Of a stretch of DNA of 64,000 bases, positions 1 to 9,300 are shown piece by piece (the stretch's first letter is position 1; each line of letters begins with the position of its first letter). The translations under genes and the position numbers were made by a program. The notes beneath the pieces were generated by a model. That model saw only the letters and a list, made by a program, of their open reading frames with translations. It was not told where the DNA came from and ran no database searches. Location of the stretch: positions 7,145 to 71,144 of IMG/VR virus record IMGVR_UViG_3300030104_005504; one strand, 5' to 3'. The DNA comes from a virus.

Positions 1-258
1 TCTACTATCAAACCGGATCATTCCTTTGTCGTCCAATAGTAGTGTCGCCAATGGAGGTATTGTTGTTTCAAGCAGAGTGTAAATAGTTGGACTACCAGCT
101 CCATCATCTAGATATAGTGTTACTCTACAACTGTCGGTTAAGTCGTGATTTGTTATTGTTATAGAATTTATACCACCACTTATACCACCAGATTTTGCTA
201 TCAGTGTTGTTGTTGTTGGTGGGCTTCCACCTGTTATATTTTTATATACTACCGCCAT
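1..258 (-). CDS. partial hypothetical virion/tail-associated protein (runs off window start)
   Basis: ATG at 258 (MAVVYKNITGGSPPTTTTLIAKSGG...), open to base 1; starts 2 nt after the stop of 261..1001. Confidence 0.7.
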   Translation of the reverse strand, partial: MAVVYKNITGGSPPTTTTLIAKSGGISGGINSITITNHDLTDSCRVTLYLDDGAGSPTIYTLLETTIPPLATLLLDDKGMIRFDSR

Positions 259-260
259 AA

Positions 261-1001
261 TTATACCCCTATTACTTTACTTATATTTGCTGTTGCTACT
301 CCTTTAACTGTACCTATATTTGCTGTTGCCACCCCATTAACATTATTTCCATACCCCGAGGGTGCTAATGTGTAATCTAAATATGGATCCCTACTTGTAC
401 CAGTGTAGTTTTCATGATAATGAAAAAAACCATTTGTATCAGGAGACGTTCCAAGAGCTACATTTTTATAATCATGATCATACTCCATCATGCATATGTT
501 AACATTATTATTTAGCTGCATATCAGATTTAAGATCACTTGTTCCCGTAAAAGCGTTATAACCTGATGTCGACGACCCAGCATCAAAAACATTTGAATAA
601 TCTGTAGCAGGTCCGTCAAAACTACTACCAGCAGACCAATTATATAAATTATCAAAATCAGCGTTAGCTAGTGCTGTTCCCCCATCTCCTCCAAATATTG
701 AATTATCTGCTTTTACGCAAATCATTCGCGTACCAGCCTGTGAAGCTGTATACCTATAAAACTTAATATCAACATCAGCAACAGTGCCTGTTATACCCGA
801 CGTGTCAAAGTAAAAATAAGTTCTCAATACTCTCATCATCCCTGTTCCACCACCCCTTGCTGCAAACCTAATTGCATATGTGTAACCTTGAGGAAAAGAT
901 TCTATAGCAAAAGCTCCAGTGGTCGCATCTCTTACTGTTGCCCAGGTTGTACTAGCTGGACTTAATATGATTCCATCTCTTGAAGCATATAATACCGCCA
1001 T
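261..1001 (-). CDS. tail fibre/virion accessory protein
   Basis: G/T/D-rich beta-type protein with C-terminal GVATANI repeats; overlaps the upstream stop (TAATG); tail module. Confidence 0.6.
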   Translation of the reverse strand: MAVLYASRDGIILSPASTTWATVRDATTGAFAIESFPQGYTYAIRFAARGGGTGMMRVLRTYFYFDTSGITGTVADVDIKFYRYTASQAGTRMICVKADNSIFGGDGGTALANADFDNLYNWSAGSSFDGPATDYSNVFDAGSSTSGYNAFTGTSDLKSDMQLNNNVNICMMEYDHDYKNVALGTSPDTNGFFHYHENYTGTSRDPYLDYTLAPSGYGNNVNGVATANIGTVKGVATANISKVIGV

Positions 1002-1561
1002 TAGAATTCTTTTTTAGGTAAATAATAAGTATTAGAATTAAAATACATATTATCCACTGGATTAACACTAATAGCCTCGTACGTTGTACCATCTACAAAA
1101 AATACGTCATCTATATTCGTAAAATTATTCCACCAAGTTGCTTTACCTCCTGACTTCATTAATGTTGGTAAGGTTGTTTTAAAATTATCAATATTCTCAT
1201 CTCCAAAAGTATCATAAAATAAACCATCATAAGTAGACAATGAATCTTTAACATCATTCCAATCACCTTCAATTATAATAACATTTGATTTACCTTGTGC
1301 CCACGTTTTTAACCTTTCAATTATTTGTGGGTGGTTTTCTACTATAGTATGTGAGTTTATATTATTAGCTTGAATATAATCAGCTGATATACCCATGCCA
1401 AATCCTATCTCTAATATATCACCTCCGTTTTCACAAATATAATCCGCAGAGGCTTTCATGATATTATCTTCCCATGACATCATAACCTGTAATTCTTGAT
1501 CAGCATGTGTATAGTAGATTTTATCTTCTTCAAATATTAATGTTTCATCTATATATCCCAT
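1001..1561 (-). CDS. class I SAM methyltransferase, RMT2/guanidinoacetate-methyltransferase-like
   Basis: VMMSWE..IM, motif I ILEIGFGMGIS, HTIVENHP, IIEGDW, YDGLFYDTF; ATG at 1561 preferred over the ORF-track start at 1582. Confidence 0.85.
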   Translation of the reverse strand: MGYIDETLIFEEDKIYYTHADQELQVMMSWEDNIMKASADYICENGGDILEIGFGMGISADYIQANNINSHTIVENHPQIIERLKTWAQGKSNVIIIEGDWNDVKDSLSTYDGLFYDTFGDENIDNFKTTLPTLMKSGGKATWWNNFTNIDDVFFVDGTTYEAISVNPVDNMYFNSNTYYLPKKEF

Positions 1562-1563
1562 AA

Positions 1564-4500
1564 CTACGATTTTTCTACCCAAGTATTATCTGGATTAAAG
1601 TATATTTGACCATCTGTATCATCTAAGCAATACCCAATAACTCTAACAAAATCACCAGTACCACTTGGAGGTAATGGTGATATCCCGCCCGCTGTTGTGT
1701 GCACGTATAATGGATTACCAACATCACCCATATCAGAATCCATTGTTATTACACCTTTAATAAACATTCCATCAACATCAGGATCTGTTCCCAGTGCTAT
1801 AGCTAGCATACCCATAGCGTCTCTGTCTGCATCGTCACCTGTTGCTGCACCATCTGCATCTGCTTGTCCCCATTCTCCGTTTTCTTTTAGGTAGCAAAGA
1901 TCACCTTGAGTTGTACTACCTCCACCAAAATATAATACATCTCCTTGATGCTCAAAGTGAGTGGCACTTGTTGCGGTAAATTTACGATTAGCTTCTATAC
2001 CGGAAGTTGTAAACTTAGCCATTGTCACGGCGTCATCATTTAGTGTTATAGTACCGTTATCCGCATTTAATTCTATATCACCACTACAGTCAACGTCAAG
2101 ACTACCTGTAACCTCCATTGTTGGAGTTGAATCAAGATGGAACTGAAATCTTTCTGTGCCATTCTCTTTAAAGAATATATCTTCACCAGTGTGAGGGTCT
2201 AATATTATATCTCCATCAATATTAAATGTTAAATCTGCAGCTGACGCATTGTCGTCTACTGTTGACATAGTGGTGGCCCCATGAGTTGTTGTTGCTATAT
2301 AAAAGTAATCTCCTGTGTCAGCATGACTTCTACATAAAATATCAGGTGCCCCATCTATAACGGTAGTTCGTATACCATAAGTATCCTGGATATCACCCAC
2401 ACCATCTGTAAATACATTTAAATCAATACCTTTTCCAAATACATTACCAGCCGCGTTATCAGCATCGATATTTATATACATTCCCTTCATACTTACGTCG
2501 GCTGGAGCAACGTTTGTGGCGCTATCTTGGAGATCAATGGAGAGACCAGTCGTTACATTGTTGGCTCCACCGGTGGTTACCCCGCTTTTATCATAATCAA
2601 TATCAAGAATGGTTTTTTCGCTATCTCCAGTATTAGCATCATCAACGTCAATACGAACAATCTCACCATCGGTGTAAGAATTGCTATCAATATACAAAGC
2701 TCTTCCAGTAGTTAAAGGTCCAGCATCTATTTTTACAACGTCTGCTGTTGTATTTTCAGCATCAATACTTAATGCGATTTGATCAACATCATTATTATCT
2801 ATCTCCAACGCGGGTTGACCAGCAGTAGAGCCGTTTTGAACTTCAAAACCCCTACCATTAAAGGTAGTTTTCCCATCTACATTAAACGTTAAATGCGCGG
2901 CAGTTCCCGCGTTATCATGTGTTTCAAAAGTTGTCTCTGCATTTGACCCAACTGTTATAGAAAAATGATCATCACTGGTAACACCGCCTTCCTCATTCAT
3001 TACCAATCGACCATAATTACCATCTTCACCAATTACACTTAAAATAGGTTTTGCTACACCATCAATTTGCACGTTAAACATAATATCTGGGTTAGCGTCC
3101 GCAATCCAAGAAATGAATTGTCCATCTGGCTTAAAATTCATATGAGCTGTAGAACCACCACCAGCTTCAACTGTTGTAAATGTTGTTTCACCATCTTCTT
3201 TTGTATCTATAGTGAAATAATCCATGGCGTCAGCTGAGCTGCGAAGCTGTATGTCAGCACCTGCACCATCTTCACATTGTAGTTGTAGACCGTAGTTAAC
3301 ATCACTATCAGTTACAATCCCTCTAAATGCTACGTTTTGTGTTGTTCCACCAGTGCTAGAGGAGTCAACAGTAACGTTAACACCATACATATTCATGGTA
3401 CCAACATTGGTAGCAGCATCATTCATGCGAATATCCAAGCCTTGAGCAGTAACAGTGTTTAAGTTTTGAACCGCTCCAGATTTGTCGTAGTCTAAATACA
3501 ACATCGCGCTTTCACCTCCAATTCTATTTAAACTAGTTGTAGCGGTGTCGTTCCAGTCAATCTTTATACCTCCACCTGAGTCTGTTACAGATGCTAGGTT
3601 CATTACCATGCCATAGCCTGTCGTTAGGTCTTGACCATCTACATCTATTATATTGGCGGTAGTATTTTCAGCCTCTATGTCTAAGGCAATTTGATCAACA
3701 TCATTATTATCTATTTTTAGCGCCGCAGCTCCAGCAGCTGTACCAGTTTCTATTTCAACCCCTCCACCATCATTATCGGGAGATCTAAATTTAGTAAAAC
3801 CATCTACGTTGAATGTCAAGTCCGCAGCATGAGAGCTACCATTCACTGTAGCTATCTCGGTGGCACCATTTGTTGTTGTTGTCCAGGTAGAGTAGTCCGA
3901 GGAGTTAGCTGTACTATAATCTTGAAAAAATGCTCCACCATCTGTAATACTACTCTTAATTCCTAAGTTGGTTGTAGCGTCAGTTACCTGTAATGTCAAT
4001 CCTGTATTTTTATTACCTCCATTAGTATTAACAGAGTCAAGAGCTAATAACATACCAGTAAAATCAACAGTACTATTAGCATGGTTACTGCTAGCAGAAT
4101 CTGTAATATTTAAATTCAAACCTATTGTTCTATAGGTTTCACCATCTCCAGTGTTACCCGTCTTGGTAAAATCCCAGTCTCCAAATATTCCATCCAAATT
4201 ATTATAATTTGTTAATGAATTACTATTTGTAAGCTTGGTAAATGAAGCTGTTGTCAAGGCACCCCCATCAATACTAAGTATATCAGCTGTTGTGTTTGCC
4301 GCTGAAATATATAAAGCATTTTGATCTGTTTGCAACGCGTTTATATGTAAACCAGGTTGGCCGTGTCCAGATGCGCTGGTTATTTGCATTGGATGAGACG
4401 ATAACCACCTATCAGTAGCGGCTACCCAAGTTAACGATGCGTCATTTGAAGCATCAACAGCATCTTGAATTGTTATACCAGAACCATCTGCTGTTCCAGA

Positions 4501-5661
4501 TGTATCACTTGATGCGTTATAATTTAGTGTTATATTTTTATCTTCAACATTTAGGTTGGTAGTATTAATTGTTGTTGTTGTTCCACTAACAGTTAAATCA
4601 CTAGTTACTGTTAAATTACCACTTATCGTTGTTAATGATGCAGTACCGTTACCTATTATTACGTCTAATTCGTCTTCAGCGTCACCATCGCCAATCACTA
4701 TACCGGGTACCATTTCTCCATCGTGTGAAGCAACTTTAAATATCAATTTTCCACCTTCAGATCCATCGGTCGCTGTTTTTATTTGGCCTATTATTTCCGC
4801 AAAACTAGTTGCGTTATTACCATCATCATCAGCTTTAAAACGTATTAAACCTATTTCATCAGCATCCGCGCCGGTTGCAGTTTTTTGAAACATAAGTACA
4901 GGTGCCTCAGCATCAGTGTTATTGTTTACTAATGTAATGTCTGGTTTAGCCGAACCGCTTGCACCAACAGTAAATGACTCGCTAGAATAACTTAAAGCAC
5001 CACCACCAGCGCTAAATCCACCAGCTATTGTTGTCATTGAATTTGTACCGTAACCAAGACCTATATCAACAGTGTTATTTGTTGCGTGTCCAGTCGCTGT
5101 GAAAGCTTGTTGTGTTTGACTTGTTGAACCATCACTTGTTCTATTTAAAATCCGGGTTATACCAAATTCATCAGTGTCAACAGGTGAGCCTATAGCAACT
5201 TCGTACGAACCGTATTGTGTAGTAGATGGTGTACCATCATCCATCCCGTTCCAAGTAATAGTACCCAAGCTATCACTAGCCTGTCCATCATTACCACCCC
5301 TATTGTTAATAAAAGTAATATGACCATCGTTTGCATCGTTTGTATTTGATGTTATAGATAGCTGTGGTGCAGCAGCTGTTAAGTCCAAGTTACATATACT
5401 TGGATAATACTGGAATGAACCAGTGTCGTCTAATAGATTGTTTGATCCATCATGGAACACAACTGGATGATAACTACTATCATTATTGTCAGTTACAGTT
5501 ACTTTTCCAGTAGTAAGACCACTTGCGGTTCTTTTACTAACCTTACCATCAGAATCGGCAACAAGTATATTAGTTTCCGTAGTGGTGCTTAAGTCTTCAA
5601 AATAAACATCATTACGAAATCTAGATATAAAATCCCATATGTGGTGAGCTATCCATTTCAT
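1564..5661 (-). CDS. long tail fibre protein (1365 aa) with internal repeats
   Basis: GNLTVTSDLTVSGTTTTINTTNLNVEDKNITLN fibre motif; repeated IDNNDVDQIAL.I.AENTTA blocks; C-terminal W.QADAD...RVIGYC...YFNPDNTW domain. Confidence 0.75.
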   Translation of the reverse strand: MKWIAHHIWDFISRFRNDVYFEDLSTTTETNILVADSDGKVSKRTASGLTTGKVTVTDNNDSSYHPVVFHDGSNNLLDDTGSFQYYPSICNLDLTAAAPQLSITSNTNDANDGHITFINNRGGNDGQASDSLGTITWNGMDDGTPSTTQYGSYEVAIGSPVDTDEFGITRILNRTSDGSTSQTQQAFTATGHATNNTVDIGLGYGTNSMTTIAGGFSAGGGALSYSSESFTVGASGSAKPDITLVNNNTDAEAPVLMFQKTATGADADEIGLIRFKADDDGNNATSFAEIIGQIKTATDGSEGGKLIFKVASHDGEMVPGIVIGDGDAEDELDVIIGNGTASLTTISGNLTVTSDLTVSGTTTTINTTNLNVEDKNITLNYNASSDTSGTADGSGITIQDAVDASNDASLTWVAATDRWLSSHPMQITSASGHGQPGLHINALQTDQNALYISAANTTADILSIDGGALTTASFTKLTNSNSLTNYNNLDGIFGDWDFTKTGNTGDGETYRTIGLNLNITDSASSNHANSTVDFTGMLLALDSVNTNGGNKNTGLTLQVTDATTNLGIKSSITDGGAFFQDYSTANSSDYSTWTTTTNGATEIATVNGSSHAADLTFNVDGFTKFRSPDNDGGGVEIETGTAAGAAALKIDNNDVDQIALDIEAENTTANIIDVDGQDLTTGYGMVMNLASVTDSGGGIKIDWNDTATTSLNRIGGESAMLYLDYDKSGAVQNLNTVTAQGLDIRMNDAATNVGTMNMYGVNVTVDSSSTGGTTQNVAFRGIVTDSDVNYGLQLQCEDGAGADIQLRSSADAMDYFTIDTKEDGETTFTTVEAGGGSTAHMNFKPDGQFISWIADANPDIMFNVQIDGVAKPILSVIGEDGNYGRLVMNEEGGVTSDDHFSITVGSNAETTFETHDNAGTAAHLTFNVDGKTTFNGRGFEVQNGSTAGQPALEIDNNDVDQIALSIDAENTTADVVKIDAGPLTTGRALYIDSNSYTDGEIVRIDVDDANTGDSEKTILDIDYDKSGVTTGGANNVTTGLSIDLQDSATNVAPADVSMKGMYINIDADNAAGNVFGKGIDLNVFTDGVGDIQDTYGIRTTVIDGAPDILCRSHADTGDYFYIATTTHGATTMSTVDDNASAADLTFNIDGDIILDPHTGEDIFFKENGTERFQFHLDSTPTMEVTGSLDVDCSGDIELNADNGTITLNDDAVTMAKFTTSGIEANRKFTATSATHFEHQGDVLYFGGGSTTQGDLCYLKENGEWGQADADGAATGDDADRDAMGMLAIALGTDPDVDGMFIKGVITMDSDMGDVGNPLYVHTTAGGISPLPPSGTGDFVRVIGYCLDDTDGQIYFNPDNTWVEKS

Positions 5662-5662
5662 T

Positions 5663-5974
5663 TTAATCGTCTTTTCCTTTACTAAAATCTATGGGTTTTT
5701 GTCTACCCTTACTATCAGTGACAACACTCTTTGTTTTTAAAGCATCATAAGCTTGTTCTGATATATTTTTATTAATACCAGTATTCATAGTAAAAGTTAC
5801 TTGGTAAACATCTATAGGATCACTCGCACGTAATGCTTGTATTTTGTCTAAGTAAACTTTTACCTCAGCCATACTACTATGGTTCTCATAGTTATATCTT
5901 ATATGATCTATTCTATGATAACCTTCTTTTGCTTCTACTCCAGCGGAGCTTATGTATGGTAAAATTATCGCCAT
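5663..5974 (-). CDS. hypothetical protein, possible tail fibre assembly/chaperone
   Basis: 103 aa, directly upstream of the fibre; ISEQAYDALK motif. Confidence 0.5.
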   Translation of the reverse strand: MAIILPYISSAGVEAKEGYHRIDHIRYNYENHSSMAEVKVYLDKIQALRASDPIDVYQVTFTMNTGINKNISEQAYDALKTKSVVTDSKGRQKPIDFSKGKDD

Positions 5975-5995
5975 TACTTTATTTTTAATTAATTT

Positions 5996-6121
5996 TTAAT
6001 TTTCTTCAATAAACTTTTCTGCAACAGCTAATCTCTCATTATCATCATTGCAAGATATAAGATCTTTGTTGTAAATTGAAACAGCTATTTCATCTAACCT
6101 TTTTAATATATTTTTACTCAT
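5996..6121 (-). CDS. 41-aa hypothetical protein
   Basis: MSKNILKRLDEIAVSIYNKDL...EKFIEEN; ATGA overlap with the upstream micro-ORF. Confidence 0.6.
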   Translation of the reverse strand: MSKNILKRLDEIAVSIYNKDLISCNDDNERLAVAEKFIEEN

Positions 6122-6186
6122 TTTAATAATTTATAACTACATGCCGCAAGAACTATTGCCGCCACACATATAGGACATGGACACAT
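6118..6186 (-). CDS. 22-aa Cys-rich hydrophobic micropeptide
   Basis: MCPCPICVAAIVLAACSYKLLK; TAATG overlap upstream and ATGA overlap downstream. Confidence 0.55.
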   Translation of the reverse strand: MCPCPICVAAIVLAACSYKLLK

Positions 6187-6365
6187 TATATTTCAAATCC
6201 AAAGTTTAGCACCATCAATCTAAATCTAGGGCACGTTCCTTTGTTATTACAATTCCAACAAGGGCAAAACATTAATTCAAATACAGTTAACGTGCTTATT
6301 CTTATTGCTAATTCGTACTTATCTTTTTTATTACCTGATCTCCAGGAGTTTATCCAATTTATCAT
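6186..6365 (-). CDS. 59-aa hypothetical protein with CPCWNC...C
   Basis: MINWINSWRSGNKKDKYELAIRISTLTVFELMFCPCWNCNNKGTCPRFRLMVLNFGFEI; promoter-like motif just upstream. Confidence 0.7.
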   Translation of the reverse strand: MINWINSWRSGNKKDKYELAIRISTLTVFELMFCPCWNCNNKGTCPRFRLMVLNFGFEI

Positions 6366-6395
6366 ATTTAGTTCTTTATATTTATTATTACATGT

Positions 6396-9300
6396 TTATC
6401 GGTGAGCATAACATTTTTTACTCTTTCCATACTCACCCTTATTTCTACATCTAGTGCCAGAAGAAGTAGTACCAGTACATCTATATTCTTTTTTTCCGTC
6501 TCCATCTCTATCTTGACCTTCTTTAAATGAAGCATGATGAAAACACTTCCAACTCTTTTTATTAGTTTCAGTTGTCAAACCACATCTGCCACCACTTGAA
6601 TTAGAACCAGAACATCTAACTGTTTTTATACCTTCTTTTTTCTTTCTTTCTTCTTCAGCTTTTTCTTCTCTTTTCTTTTTATCCTCTTTTATAACCTTTC
6701 TAATCTCCTTGTCAACCTCTCTTTTTATCTTTTTTGATTCCTCTTTTTTCTCTTTAACTTTTGCTTTAGCTTTTTCTAGCTCTTCATCTTCAACACCTAA
6801 ACTCCACTTACTCCATCCAGATAGTAGCGCTACTTTTTGCCAAAGTTCATGATTACCTGTTAGTGCTTCTTCAACATTGTTAGCTTTATTTATTAACCTA
6901 GCAACTGGGGCATTTGTTAAAGCTTCAACCCAATTAGCCGCTATACTTAAGTTAGGGTTTTCAATTCTAAGACCTATCTCTTTGCTAACGCCCTTGTTCC
7001 ATTCTTCAGTTCTAATGGCTTGCATTATTTTTCTCATCTTAGTTCCTAATGGTGGAGAAAGATTTACTGCCTCTTGAGCTATATTCATATTTTCTCTTTT
7101 CCAACCCGGCTTTTCACGTTCTTCTTTCCATTTTACTAACACGTTTTTAAGAGTAGAAACCGCAGCGCCATAAATACCTGTACCTCTAAGTAAAGAATCT
7201 AAAGCTCCATTAGCAACTCTCTGTTCTAACGTTTCTTTTCTTTCCTCATCTTCATCCCAGCCGAATAGCATAAACATTAATCCAGTTTGAAGAGCACCAA
7301 AATATATATTTTGTATCAAGCCATAATAAGCTATACCTGATATATTAGCCATATCGCTTTGAAACTGTGTATAACCCGGTATTCTTCTTCTATTAACAAG
7401 ATCAGACATTTTCTTTTTCATCAATCTAGTCATCTGCATTGGTGTGTTTTGCCAAGCAAGTATTAATCTACCTAATGGACCAGCTTGTTGATTTGAGATT
7501 AAATCGGGTCTAGATGATTGTTGAGTTTCTTCAGCTACCTCTTGAAAATCCAACCAAGCTTGTTCTTTAGCTTTAGCTTCAGACATGCCTTGTTTTAAAT
7601 ATGTTTTTAGTCTATTTCTATAAAATGGAGCTCCACCTGCGGCTATAGCAAAACTATCCGCAACTTGAGTTGGTGTAAAACCTTTCTCTAATAACCAAGC
7701 TATTATAGCTTGAGGTTTATTTCTTCCATCATTAAAAGCTTTAGTTAATTCAGATGCCGATACATCTATCTGTAATCCAGCTCTTCTCTGTTTTAGCATG
7801 TCTGAATTAAATATGTAAACAAAGTCTTTAATAAACTGTGGCGCGTTAGCAAGAGCCGCTGCGGCAGCTACAGGATTGTTATCTGACATGTTTATAAAAT
7901 TAGCCATAGATATAGTCTGAAGTGTAGCTGATCTCATATTAAAGAACATTACAGCTCCAACTGAACCGTTAATCCAATCTAACAACCAGTTAACCTGAGA
8001 GTCTTTACCTGTTACCCTATTTTGACCAGTCTCCATTCTATATAACATCTTCTCAAGTTCATCTCTAAAACCTGTGCCATATATAGCTTCTATTTTATTT
8101 AAATTTTGTGGAGAAAATATTGTATTTTTATTATCTATCCATTTAGCAAAAAACTGTTTTCTACCTATTTCACGAACCGTGTTTGATAGATCACTAGCTA
8201 TAGATTCAACTGCCCAATAATCACTTGGTTTTATGTAACCCTCTGGAACTCTTGATATAATACCAAGCGCATCAGCAAAAGCTTTTAACTCAGCGTTATT
8301 ATTAATGTGATCTACTAATGTTTGTTTTTGACTATCAGATATTCCTGGTACTTCAAATCCAGACTTATCCCACAAATAAACTCTTATAGCGTTATCATTT
8401 GTAAAAGGTGTTCCCTTTACTTTCTTGTTTAAAATCTTTTTGATATTCTTAAACTCCTTCTTTAGAGCTTTATAGTCGTTAGACATGTTTTGTTTATAAG
8501 TGTTCCACTCTCTACTAGCTTCAGCAAAAGGATCCAATAGATGCTCTTTGAAAAATAAAGCATGGTTATTACCCTGCTCACCTCTACCTATAAAGGCATA
8601 TAACAAACCTTTAAAGTCTTCAGCTGATGGTGGGACAAAAAAGTTTTTAAATATATTTTTACCTTTACCAACACCTATCTTTCTAGCCTCTTGAGCTGAA
8701 AACATTTTACCAGCATTAATACCCTTTGTTTGTTCTAATATTTTATTAAAATCTAAAGCTCCCTTTTCACTAAACTTAATTCTAGCTTGAACAACCTTAG
8801 ATTTAATATCTAGCTGTTCTAGTACATCCTTAACAGCTTTTACGTTTGGTAAGGCATCATCTACGAAATACATATCATTATATCCCTCTGCAAACTTTTC
8901 TAACATCCAGTTGGCTTTAGATTCACCTCTACTATCTGCTAATCCTGTTATATTTTTAAATGGTATATTTACACCTTTAGATTTCAACCACTCGTGAATA
9001 GCAATATCAGCAGTTTGAGGTCTAGCTGTTAACACAAAAACATTATTAGGTCCATACTTTTTAATTTGATTTTTCATTTTCTGAAGCAATGGTCCGTCAA
9101 CTCCACCTCTTACATTTACAAAATCATCAAAGTTCATTTTGTAACCCTCAGCCATTAGCTCGGGACCTTTAATAGGCCAATCAGCTGAACTTATTTCTGT
9201 ATCTTGTCCAGTTATTGGATTTGTTGCTATAACAAAATTTTCTCCATCTATAATTAATGTCTCATCAAAATCAAACGTAGACATTCCTTTGCTTTTCTCA

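Noticed and set aside
261-5661. Diversity-generating retroelement or invertible fibre cassette
   Set aside because: No reverse transcriptase, invertase, or TR/VR pair with adenine-specific mismatches seen in the window
9255-9285. FDFDE in the giant protein as a virion RNA polymerase catalytic motif
   Set aside because: Context (DxD-T-L, TAR, DD..N) is a HAD motif, not DFDID/NADFDGD
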